NCBI GenBank assembly: GCA_903915565.1
Contig: CAIWTG010000221.1
Span: forward strand, 1 to 45,300
Direction of reading: 5' to 3'
From: an uncultured Chloroflexota bacterium
Lineage (GTDB): Bacteria; Chloroflexota; Dehalococcoidia; Dehalococcoidales; RBG-16-60-22
Length of the DNA stretch: 45,300 bases
Below are positions 25,829 through 33,800 of the stretch, piece by piece. The stretch's first letter is position 1. Each line of letters starts with the position of its first letter. Made by a program: the position numbers and the translations under genes. Under the pieces are notes generated by a model. That model had not been told where the DNA came from, did no database searches, and saw only the letters and a list, made by a program, of their open reading frames with translations.

Positions 25829-25890
25829 GATTGATTACCCTCCTTTTGTTATTCCAAGGTCGGGTGTTGGGGTGACATTATCAATTTCAT

Positions 25891-25908
25891 TAGCCAAATG
25901 CTTGGCTA
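25891..25908 (-). other. Small hairpin directly after the paralog 2 stop
   Basis: TAGCCAA (25891-25897) / TTGGCTA (25902-25908) with a 4-nt loop. Confidence 0.35.
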
Positions 25909-25911
25909 TAT

Positions 25912-27237
25912 TTAGTATTTACCGTATTCCAGGCCGGCTTCAACAACGGCGTGCAGGTTGGCGGGGTTACATTTATCAATACCGGAACCCAGCGCCAGAA
26001 TGTAGCCGCCACCCGGGGCGCAGGTCTCGATGAGTTTGCGTGAGTATTCTTTAATCTGCTGGGGGGTCTGGGTGTAAAGCATGGCGGCGGTAACGTTGCC
26101 GGCAATGCAGGCCGAGTTGCCCAGTATTTTTTTGGCCAGGGCCATATCTGTTTTCTCCATCGTCCAGATGACGCAGGATTTCGGCAATTCGCTTATAATC
26201 TTCAGGCGCGCTTCGTTATAAGAGCCGTCGATAATCATCATTGGCACACAGCCCTCGTTAACCACGCCCATGATTAGCTTGCGGAAGGTGGGCCAGTAAA
26301 ACTTTTCAAACTGCGGGACGGACATAAAGCTATCGGCACCCTTATGCATGGGGACAAAGACAATGGGGCTGGTAGCCATATTGACCATGCCTACCGTGGA
26401 CTTAATACTGTTATCAGCAATAATTTCTAAAGACTCAAGGAGCTTTTGCGGCTGGCGGAACATGTCTTTAACCACGCCCGAGGTGCCGCGGAGCATATCT
26501 GCCACTGTATCGAAAGGCGCCAGCATCACGCCGCCCATCAATGGCGGGAAGCCGCGCTTTAATGACTCCTGCGCGCACTCCATCATCACCTTCTGGTGCT
26601 TGACGTTTTCATCGCTGGCTTCCATGATGGTTTTAAAAAGCTTTTTGAAATTGGGGTCCTGGCACATCATCATCAGTCGTTCGGGGAGGCCGGAATACGA
26701 GGAAAAGGAAGGAACGCCGGTGAAAGGCTCAAAGGCGCCCCAGGTGCGTGGGGTAAACTTCCGCAGACTGAAGTTGAAGGGGTCTTTCATCAAAAGGTCG
26801 TATTCATCTGCCTGCATATATTCTTTTTCCACAAAGTTAGGCAGCGTGGAGGTCTTGGGGAGGCCATGGCCGGGCCAGGCGTTGACTTTGTAATCTAAAA
26901 TTTCATAGACCCTGGCGGCAAAAAATCCGGGTGCATCGGCGGAGTCCTGCTCAAATTCTTCCAGGAACTTTATCCAGGAAGGTTTAATTTTGGAATAATC
27001 ATAGAGGACATCATACAGGGTGTAACCATTGTTGTAAGCGACGAAAGAGTTGGCGGCGAGGTGCATGGGGACGCGGTCCGGAATTTCCATCTTGATGGCT
27101 TTAATCATCCGCGTCAGACGCTCTTTATAAAGCTTTTCCATCGCGGGGTTGGGGAGTTTAGCGGGGGGATTGAGCCATTTCTTGAATCTTTCTTCGCGCC
27201 GTTCCTGCCAGGTCATTTCCGACCATTGTTTTTCCAT
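25912..27237 (-). CDS. URO-D-fold corrinoid-dependent methyltransferase, MT1 candidate, paralog 2 of 5
   Basis: 441 aa with the same motif set (IPDRVPM, PMHKGADSFMS, ACIAGNVT, CAPGGGYIL). Confidence 0.75.
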   Translation of the reverse strand: MEKQWSEMTWQERREERFKKWLNPPAKLPNPAMEKLYKERLTRMIKAIKMEIPDRVPMHLAANSFVAYNNGYTLYDVLYDYSKIKPSWIKFLEEFEQDSADAPGFFAARVYEILDYKVNAWPGHGLPKTSTLPNFVEKEYMQADEYDLLMKDPFNFSLRKFTPRTWGAFEPFTGVPSFSSYSGLPERLMMMCQDPNFKKLFKTIMEASDENVKHQKVMMECAQESLKRGFPPLMGGVMLAPFDTVADMLRGTSGVVKDMFRQPQKLLESLEIIADNSIKSTVGMVNMATSPIVFVPMHKGADSFMSVPQFEKFYWPTFRKLIMGVVNEGCVPMMIIDGSYNEARLKIISELPKSCVIWTMEKTDMALAKKILGNSACIAGNVTAAMLYTQTPQQIKEYSRKLIETCAPGGGYILALGSGIDKCNPANLHAVVEAGLEYGKY

Positions 27238-27269
27238 CCTGAACCTCCAAAAAAGCTATTTCTAACCGA

Positions 27270-27311
27270 CAGGCATTTCCTCACCACCATGGAATGGCGC
27301 GGAAATGCCTG
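27270..27311 (-). other. Intercistronic hairpin between MT1 paralogs 1 and 2
   Basis: Perfect 11-bp stem CAGGCATTTCC (27270-27280) / GGAAATGCCTG (27301-27311) with a 20-nt loop. No U-tract is adjacent on the minus strand. Confidence 0.45.
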
Positions 27312-27349
27312 ATGCCGGTTAAAACGCTTATATTATTTTATCTAAAGCT

Positions 27350-28684
27350 TTATTTGTAAACGCCGTACTCTTTAGCCGCCGCCATCATGGCGCGCAGGTT
27401 TTCTGGATTGCCCTCATCAACGTTGGCGCCGCCGGCCAGGACGTAGCCGCCGTCTTTACCGCAAACCTCGATGAGTTTTTTGCAGTGTTCTTTAACCTGC
27501 TGCGGTGTGCCCGTCATAATGAGCGATGTGGGCACGTTGCCGACGATACAGCACCTGTCGCCGATTTTCTTCTTAGCCTCAAAGATATCCGTCTGGTCGA
27601 AGTACCAGGCGACCGAACCTTTGGGGAAATCGCCGATGATGTCCAGGCGCTTGTTATAGCTGCCCTCGGCGAACAGCATGGGATAGATGCCTTCATTAAC
27701 CATCGCCATGACCACCTTTTTAAAGGTCGGCCAGTAGAAGGTTTCGTATTGCTTAGGGGACATGAAGCTGTCGGCGCCTTTATGGAGCGGCATGATAACA
27801 ATCGGCGATGCGGCATTAGCCACGGCCGCTACCGCGCCCTCGATGATGATGGGCACTAATCTTTCCATCGCTTCGTGGACTTTTTGCGGGCGCTGGAACA
27901 TATCCATCATCACGCCCTGCGTGCCGCGCAGCGTGTCGCCCAGGGTATCGAACGGAGCTTTGGCCAATCCGCTCATCACCCCGGGGAAGCCCATCGCCAG
28001 CGATTCGCCGGCTACTTCGCCGACCGCCGCTATCCACTTCAGGCTCTCGGTGCCGGCTTTCATGATGGCGTTAAAGCCTGCCTGCACCTCCGGATTCCCG
28101 AAGGGTATAAACGGCGTCGTCGCAATTTCTTCAAAGCTGGTCCAGGGGTTCAAGGTGTTGAAAGCTTTAAACACCCCGAAAATCCTGGGAAGATAAATGC
28201 GCAGCCAGAAATCAGACGGGTCGCGGATAAGGGCGTCGTACTCATTGGGCTTCATCCACTCGCCCTCTACTGCCTGGTAAGAAGGCGTCGTCTTGGGAAG
28301 CCCGTGTCCCGGCCATTTATAAAGCTTATAGTCTACTGCCTCCAGAGACCGTCCGGGGGGAACGAGGGCGGGGGGCATATAAGTATCCGCATCGCTGAAG
28401 TCATGCATCATCTTCCGCCAGGCGGACTTCATCTTGTCATAGTCGTACATGACCTCGCCCAGATTAGTGCCGGCATAAGACGCGGCATAAAACCCGGTGG
28501 GCAGGATGCAGGGTACCCGGTCAGGCTTTTGTAGCGTAAAAGCCTTAATGAATCTGGTTACTCTCTCTTTATAGACTTTCTCTGCCTGTGGGCTGGCAAA
28601 TTTGACACCTGGCGGAGAAAGCCATCGTTTGAAGCGTTCTTCCCGTTTTTCTTCTGGAGATAACTCCGCCCATGGTTTAGCCAT
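27350..28684 (-). CDS. URO-D-fold corrinoid-dependent methyltransferase, MT1 candidate, paralog 1 of 5
   Basis: The track starts at the GTG at 28696. The ATG at 28684 (MAKPWAELSPEEKREERFKRWL) aligns best with the other four N-termini and lies 1 nt after the corrinoid-protein stop. This is the most divergent copy (CGKDGGYVL instead of CAPGGGYIL). Confidence 0.75.
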   Translation of the reverse strand: MAKPWAELSPEEKREERFKRWLSPPGVKFASPQAEKVYKERVTRFIKAFTLQKPDRVPCILPTGFYAASYAGTNLGEVMYDYDKMKSAWRKMMHDFSDADTYMPPALVPPGRSLEAVDYKLYKWPGHGLPKTTPSYQAVEGEWMKPNEYDALIRDPSDFWLRIYLPRIFGVFKAFNTLNPWTSFEEIATTPFIPFGNPEVQAGFNAIMKAGTESLKWIAAVGEVAGESLAMGFPGVMSGLAKAPFDTLGDTLRGTQGVMMDMFQRPQKVHEAMERLVPIIIEGAVAAVANAASPIVIMPLHKGADSFMSPKQYETFYWPTFKKVVMAMVNEGIYPMLFAEGSYNKRLDIIGDFPKGSVAWYFDQTDIFEAKKKIGDRCCIVGNVPTSLIMTGTPQQVKEHCKKLIEVCGKDGGYVLAGGANVDEGNPENLRAMMAAAKEYGVYK

Positions 28685-28685
28685 A

Positions 28686-29321
28686 TTACTTAACACCGTA
28701 CCACTGTTTGGTCAGCGTCACTGCGGCCATGGCGTCCTTGCCGAAGGCATCGGCTTTGGCATACTTGCGGACCTCATCGTCCATCTGGCCGCCGCCAATC
28801 ATGATTTTAAGGTTCTTGCGCAGTCCGGCTTTCTCCAGCGCTTCGACGGTTTCTTTCATGGCATCGAAGGCAGGGGTAAGGAAACCGCTTAAGCCCAGCA
28901 CCGGCGCCCCGGTTTCCTTCACAGCTTTGACGATCTTTTCAATGGGTACGTCGACGCCGAGGTTGGTGACCTCAAAGCCGTTAACATCAAGCATGAAATC
29001 TACGATGTTGAGGCCGATATCATGGATATCGCCGGCGACTGTAGCGATGACGACCTTGCCGATTTTCTTTTGCTGTACGCCCGCACCGGTTAGGTGGGGT
29101 TTTACAATATTGGTGACCTGCGCGAGCAGCTCGCCGGAAAAGACGAGCTCGGGGAGGAAATATTCGCCGCCGGCAAAGCGCTTACCGACGATTTCCATAC
29201 CCTTACGGGCATCTTCAAGGATTTTGAGAGGGTCCTCTTTGGAATCAAGCCGCTGTTGGGTCAGCTTGAGTACCTCTTCTTCCTTAAGATCCGCTAACAA
29301 GTTCACAAAATCTCCGGACAT
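28686..29321 (-). CDS. Cobalamin-binding corrinoid protein (B12-binding cap + Rossmann domain)
   Basis: DxHxxG signature in VAGDIHDIGLNIV and an N-terminal helical cap domain. I prefer the ATG at 29321 (MSGDFVNLL), 8 nt after the AAGGAGG SD, over the TTG at 29369. Confidence 0.9.
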   Translation of the reverse strand: MSGDFVNLLADLKEEEVLKLTQQRLDSKEDPLKILEDARKGMEIVGKRFAGGEYFLPELVFSGELLAQVTNIVKPHLTGAGVQQKKIGKVVIATVAGDIHDIGLNIVDFMLDVNGFEVTNLGVDVPIEKIVKAVKETGAPVLGLSGFLTPAFDAMKETVEALEKAGLRKNLKIMIGGGQMDDEVRKYAKADAFGKDAMAAVTLTKQWYGVK

Positions 29322-29408
29322 ACCTTCATCCTCCTTAGTATTTTTTTGGTATCCCTGAAATTGAAACAATCCGACCGGTTATTTTCCGAATTCAAATCGT
29401 TCATGGCG

Positions 29409-29437
29409 AGTATAACAATGCGCTCAAAAAAAGTCAA
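29409..29437 (-). promoter_or_regulatory. Candidate promoter of the corrinoid methyltransferase operon
   Basis: On the minus strand: TTGACT (29437-29432), 17-nt spacer, TATACT (29414-29409). This leaves a leader of about 80 nt. Confidence 0.45.
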
Positions 29438-29544
29438 ATGTTACACTTAGTATACTATTTATTTTATATACCTCCTGGTGTACGGCTCAATCGGCTGTAT
29501 CAACTATTTTTTTTGAGTATTTGTACCTATTTAATAAAGGAATC

Positions 29545-29573
29545 TTTACAACCCCTTGTTTTTGAACTAAAAT
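29545..29573 (+). promoter_or_regulatory. Candidate promoter of tRNA-Gly
   Basis: TTTACA (29545-29550), 17-nt spacer, TAAAAT (29568-29573), 15 nt before the tRNA 5' end. Confidence 0.45.
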
Positions 29574-29588
29574 ATTAAAGCTTTAGGG

Positions 29589-29663
29589 GCGGGAGTAATT
29601 CAGTGGTAGAATGTTTGCTTCCCAAGCAAAAAGTCGCGGGTTCGAATCCCGTCTCCCGCTCCA
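29589..29663 (+). tRNA. tRNA-Gly (CCC), CCA encoded
   Basis: GCGGGAG-TA-ATTC-AGTGGTA-GAAT-G-TTTGC-TTCCCAA-GCAAA-AAGTC-GCGGG-TTCGAAT-CCCGT-CTCCCGC-T-CCA. Complete cloverleaf with anticodon CCC and discriminator U. Confidence 0.9.
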
Positions 29664-29768
29664 AACGAGGTGTGGATGTTGAAACAAGTCAGAGAAACCA
29701 ACCATAGCGCTGTCACGTTCCGGTAGGCAACCGGCCCAACAGTTTTACCCAACGTTAGCTTAAAACTG

Positions 29769-29802
29769 GCCGCTCCTCCCGGGAGCGGCTTTGTCTTTTC
29801 TT
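29769..29802 (+). terminator. Rho-independent terminator
   Basis: GCCGCTCC (29769-29776) / GGAGCGGC (29782-29789), followed by TTTGTCTTTTCTT. Confidence 0.6.
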
Positions 29803-29900
29803 GGTGTAAAAAATCCCCCGAAGTATTCTATGGCACCGGCCGCGGACGTGATAGACGCTGTTTTGTGTTTCCAGGAAAATCTTAATCGAGGATTTTTTAC

Positions 29901-30248
29901 ATGCACGATAAATTCAATAAAGAACAGTCGTTCACGTGTCTTCATTGCGGGCGTGGCGTTAGTTTAGTCGCCCCGGGCACCGGACATCGCAATCACTGCC
30001 CCTTTTGCCTGCGCAGCGTCCACCTGGATAAACAACCCGGCGACCGCGCCGCTAATTGCGGCGCTATCATGGAGCCGATTGCCATCTCCGTCCGGCACGA
30101 TAAGGAGTGGGTCATAATCCACCGCTGCAGCGGCTGCGGAGCTCTTAAAGAAAACCGTATTGCCGGGGATGATAATGAGATGGCGTTGTTATCGCTGGCG
30201 GTGCGCCCGGTCGCCCAGCCACCCTTCCCGCTTGACGGGCTGGTTTAA
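29901..30248 (+). CDS. RNHCP-domain zinc-ribbon protein
   Basis: 115 aa with CLHCGR, the eponymous GHRNHCPFC motif, and CSGCG. Confidence 0.75.
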   Translation: MHDKFNKEQSFTCLHCGRGVSLVAPGTGHRNHCPFCLRSVHLDKQPGDRAANCGAIMEPIAISVRHDKEWVIIHRCSGCGALKENRIAGDDNEMALLSLAVRPVAQPPFPLDGLV

Positions 30249-30269
30249 AATATACAAAAGGAGTATCAA

Positions 30270-31052
30270 ATGAAAATATCTAAAAATAAATTACAGGAAT
30301 TACTTAAAAACGATAAATACCCCCGCTCCGCCAAATATGACCCGGAGTGGGTAGTCAAGGGGTGGATGGGGCCTAACGTCCTCTGGCTGACGGAGTGGCT
30401 CTGCGAAAAAATGGAGCTCAAGCCGGGGATGCGCGTGCTGGATATGGGGTGCGGCAAGGCGTTAAGCTCTATCTTCCTGGCCAAAGAGTATGGTGCGCAG
30501 GTCTGGGCCAACGACCTCTGGATTCCGGCCGCCGAAAACTGGCAGCGCATTAAAGAGGCGGGGCTGGAAAACCAGATTTTCCCCGTCCACGCCGAAGCGC
30601 ATGCCCTGCCCTATGCCGATGAGTTCTTTGACGCGATAGTGTCACTCGATTCTTACCAGTACTACGGCACAGACGACCTTTACCTGCCTTCATTCATCAA
30701 GCTTTTAAAGCCGGGCGGGCAAATCGGGATTGTGGTGCCGGGGCTGATGCAGGATATTGACGGGCCGGTGCCGGAACACCTGATGGCGCCGCGTCAGAAT
30801 CGTAGTACTTTCTGGGTAGACGAGTGCTGGGGCTTCCATACCGCCGCCTGGTGGCAGCGTCACTGGAGTAAGCTGGCCTGCATTAAAGATGTAGCGGCGG
30901 ATATGTTGCCGGATGGGTGGAAGGATTGGGTGCAGTATGAAGACGCCTGTGAAGAGGCTGGGACGTTAATCTTCGCCACTGAAGCGGACGTGCTCAAGGC
31001 GGATGCCGGGCGATATATGGGGCTGGTAAGGGTGGTGGGACGGCGTCAATAA
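30270..31052 (+). CDS. Class I SAM-dependent methyltransferase
   Basis: 260 aa. Motif I is VLDMGCGKA. Post-I acidic residue and the motif DAIVSLDS are present. Confidence 0.8.
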   Translation: MKISKNKLQELLKNDKYPRSAKYDPEWVVKGWMGPNVLWLTEWLCEKMELKPGMRVLDMGCGKALSSIFLAKEYGAQVWANDLWIPAAENWQRIKEAGLENQIFPVHAEAHALPYADEFFDAIVSLDSYQYYGTDDLYLPSFIKLLKPGGQIGIVVPGLMQDIDGPVPEHLMAPRQNRSTFWVDECWGFHTAAWWQRHWSKLACIKDVAADMLPDGWKDWVQYEDACEEAGTLIFATEADVLKADAGRYMGLVRVVGRRQ

Positions 31053-31107
31053 TATATCCCCTGGGGTATCTGGACGCGGCGGCAAAAGAGCGATATCATT
31101 AAACCAG

Positions 31108-31503
31108 ATGGAACTTACCGGGGAAATACTTAAAAACAGCCGTGTCATTGCGGTAGTCGGGCTTTCGGCTAATCCGGAACGTCCGAGCAATATCGTCGCG
31201 GCCTATCTCAAAGGCAAGGGCTATAAAATAATCCCCGTTAACCCCGGCGAAAAGATGATACTGGGAGAGACCAGCTACGCCGACCTTGCATCAATCGCCG
31301 AAAAAGTGGATGTCGTGGATATTTTCCGTAAATCGGAAGATGTCCCGCCCATTGTTGAACAGGCTATTAGTATCGGCGCCAAAACCGTCTGGATGCAGGA
31401 AGGCGTGGTCAACCCGAGCTCGGCTGCCGCGGCGGAAAAAGCCGGTCTTAAGGTGGTCATGGATAAGTGCATGCGCAAGGAACATATGAGGCTTAATCTT
31501 TAA
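31108..31503 (+). CDS. CoA-binding domain protein (YccU/YneT-like)
   Basis: 131 aa. IAVVGLSANPERPSN...GYKIIPVNP, typical of CoA_binding_2 proteins. Confidence 0.85.
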   Translation: MELTGEILKNSRVIAVVGLSANPERPSNIVAAYLKGKGYKIIPVNPGEKMILGETSYADLASIAEKVDVVDIFRKSEDVPPIVEQAISIGAKTVWMQEGVVNPSSAAAAEKAGLKVVMDKCMRKEHMRLNL

Positions 31504-31505
31504 CG

Positions 31506-32321
31506 ATGTATAGCTTTAAACGATTCAGGATTCTTTTGCTGCTGCCCGTTGCTGTAGTAATTATCGGCACCTTTGGGATGATGGGTATCGAGCACCTGTC
31601 TTTTATTAACGCTCTCTACTACACCATCGTTACCATTGCCACGGTCGGCTACGGCGACATCACTCCGGTTACCACCAGCGGCAAGATATTCGCCATCTTC
31701 CTCATCATCGTCGGCATCGGCAGCTTCGTGACCCTGTTGACCAACCTTATCGAGTGGTTCTCGCAGCGTCGGCAATACGGCCTGCATAAACGCCGTCTTA
31801 ACATGCTCATCGGCGTGTTTTTTACCGAGGTCGGCAATCAGCTGCTGCACATCTTCACCAGCTATGATGCTAATATCAACAGCGTGCGGCACGAGTTTAT
31901 CGTTACGGCACAGTGGTCTACCAAAGATTTCGAGCAGCTCCAGAAGAAACTGTCTAGTTATAAGTACACCATTGTTCCAAAACTCCTCGACCTGGAAATG
32001 CTGTCCCGCAGTCTTAAGGATAAGGGCGACCTGCTCGTCAGGCAGCTGGAAAACGCCGATTTTATTGAAAATGAGTCTTATGCCGAGCTCCTCTGGGCGG
32101 TGGTGCACCTGCGTGATGAGCTGGCGGCGCGGCCATCTTTTTACAACCTGCCGGAAAACGATATCGCCCATATCGTTGTTGATGCCCAGCGTGTTTACAC
32201 CCTGCTCGCCAAACAGTGGCTGGACTACATGATGTTCTTGAAAGCCCACTATCCTTTCCTGTTTTCTTTTGCCTCGCGTACCAATCCCTTCGTGGAAAAC
32301 CCCATTGCCACTATCAGCTGA
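31506..32321 (+). CDS. Two-TM potassium channel with an uncharacterised cytoplasmic C-terminal domain
   Basis: 271 aa. Selectivity filter TVGYGD sits between two TM helices. The C-terminal region of about 180 aa is helical-looking with no Rossmann GxGxxG. Confidence 0.8.
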   Translation: MYSFKRFRILLLLPVAVVIIGTFGMMGIEHLSFINALYYTIVTIATVGYGDITPVTTSGKIFAIFLIIVGIGSFVTLLTNLIEWFSQRRQYGLHKRRLNMLIGVFFTEVGNQLLHIFTSYDANINSVRHEFIVTAQWSTKDFEQLQKKLSSYKYTIVPKLLDLEMLSRSLKDKGDLLVRQLENADFIENESYAELLWAVVHLRDELAARPSFYNLPENDIAHIVVDAQRVYTLLAKQWLDYMMFLKAHYPFLFSFASRTNPFVENPIATIS

Positions 32322-32365
32322 CATTCGGCTGGTATCGCTTTCCCAGAGATGTTATCATAAAACCA

Positions 32366-33772
32366 ATGGATATTCGTCTGACCTTTATGGGGGCTGCCCG
32401 CGGCGTAACCGGCTCCCGCTACCTGATAGAAACCAACGACACCATGATTCTCGTGGACTGCGGACTATACCAGGAAAGACAATTCCTGTACCGCAACTGG
32501 GAAAAATTCCGTTGTTCGCCTAAAAAACTGCAGGCTGTTTTTTTAACCCACGCCCACCTCGACCATAGCGGCCTGCTGCCCAAACTGGTGCGGGAGGGAT
32601 TCCAGGGCAAAGTTTATTGCACACCCGCTACCGCTGACCTCACGAAAATCATGCTGTTGGATGCGGGGCATTTGCAGGAAGAAGACGCCGCTTATAAGAA
32701 AAAGCGCCACCAGCGGGAAGGCCGGCAGGGGCCTTACCCCGAAGTCCCGCTCTATACCGCTGCGGACGCCGAAAAGACATTTCCATTGTTCTCGCCTGTG
32801 GAATATAATCAGACCCTGGACATCGGCCACGGCATTGAGGCAACCTTTTATGACGCCGGCCACGTGCTCGGCTCCGCGATGATTAAGCTGCAGATAAGCC
32901 AGAATGGAGAGAAGCGGAGCATCGTTTTCTCCGGCGACATTGGTCGCAAAGACCGCCCCATCCTCCATGACCCATCCGTTTTTCAAAAACTGGACTACGT
33001 GGTGATGGAATCAACCTACGGCGACCGCGTTCATGAGGGCACCGATGAAATCGGCGACGACCTGGTGGAAATCGTCAACAGCACTAAAGCCGCGGGGGGT
33101 AACATCATCGTCCCCAGCTTTGCGTTGCAGCGCGCCCAGGAAATCCTCTATTACCTGGACCTCCTGCTGATGCAAAAACGCATCCCCCCGATTGATGTAT
33201 ATTTAGACAGCCCGATGGCGGCTAAAATCACCGAAGTATATAAGCGCTACGCCAACCTGTTCGATAGCGACATGACCGAGTTAATGAACGAGCATCATTC
33301 GCCTTTTGACTTCCCGGGTTTGAAAGCGGTAGAAACGGTGGAAGAATCAAAATCCTTGAACAGTATCAAAGGCACTATTATGATAATCGCCGGCTCCGGC
33401 ATGTGCAACGGCGGCAGGATTAAACATCACCTGGCCAACAACATATCGCGTCCCGAATGCACGATAGTGTTCGTCGGCTATCAGGCGGCGGGTACATTAG
33501 GACGGCAGATACTCGACGGCGCCAAGACCGTGAGAATCCATGGCCAGCAGTACCCCGTCCGCGCTCGGATTACCCAGGTTAAAGGCTTTTCCGCCCACGC
33601 CGACCAGGACGAATTGCTGAAATGGCTTTCCAGCCTGTCGGTCAATCCCCGACGCATTTTCATCACCCATGGTGAAGTCGAATCCGCCGAGCAGTTCAGC
33701 CAGCTATTGCGCAGTAAAAACGGGTATAATACTATGGTGCCGGAATACGGCGCCACGGTTAATCTGGATTAA
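32366..33772 (+). CDS. Metallo-beta-lactamase / beta-CASP family ribonuclease-like protein
   Basis: The track ORF starts at 32216. The ATG at 32366 (MDIRLTFMGAARGVTGS) gives the canonical N-terminus. HAHLDHSG motif and a C-terminal RNA-specificity-type region. Confidence 0.85.
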   Translation: MDIRLTFMGAARGVTGSRYLIETNDTMILVDCGLYQERQFLYRNWEKFRCSPKKLQAVFLTHAHLDHSGLLPKLVREGFQGKVYCTPATADLTKIMLLDAGHLQEEDAAYKKKRHQREGRQGPYPEVPLYTAADAEKTFPLFSPVEYNQTLDIGHGIEATFYDAGHVLGSAMIKLQISQNGEKRSIVFSGDIGRKDRPILHDPSVFQKLDYVVMESTYGDRVHEGTDEIGDDLVEIVNSTKAAGGNIIVPSFALQRAQEILYYLDLLLMQKRIPPIDVYLDSPMAAKITEVYKRYANLFDSDMTELMNEHHSPFDFPGLKAVETVEESKSLNSIKGTIMIIAGSGMCNGGRIKHHLANNISRPECTIVFVGYQAAGTLGRQILDGAKTVRIHGQQYPVRARITQVKGFSAHADQDELLKWLSSLSVNPRRIFITHGEVESAEQFSQLLRSKNGYNTMVPEYGATVNLD

Positions 33773-33800
33773 ACCTTAACAACCTCTTTCAGGAGGGACG

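Noticed and set aside
29322-29408. A possible cobalamin riboswitch in the leader of the corrinoid-protein operon.
   Set aside because: The predicted leader is only about 80 nt, far shorter than a B12 riboswitch aptamer. I could not find a B12-box-like sequence.
31500-32324. A 274-aa minus-strand ORF spans almost exactly the same coordinates as the K+ channel gene. It looked like a possible fully overlapping antisense gene pair.
   Set aside because: The plus-strand product has an unambiguous TVGYGD selectivity filter, TM helices and tight coupling to the upstream gene. The minus-strand product has no SD, no recognisable motif, and a composition typical of the antisense frame of a GC-rich gene.
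32216-32365. A 50-codon N-terminal extension of the beta-CASP/MBL gene overlaps the end of the K+ channel gene.
   Set aside because: MBL/beta-CASP proteins start close to the first beta-strand (MDIRLTFMGAARGVTGS). The extension has no family features and overlaps the upstream gene by about 100 nt.
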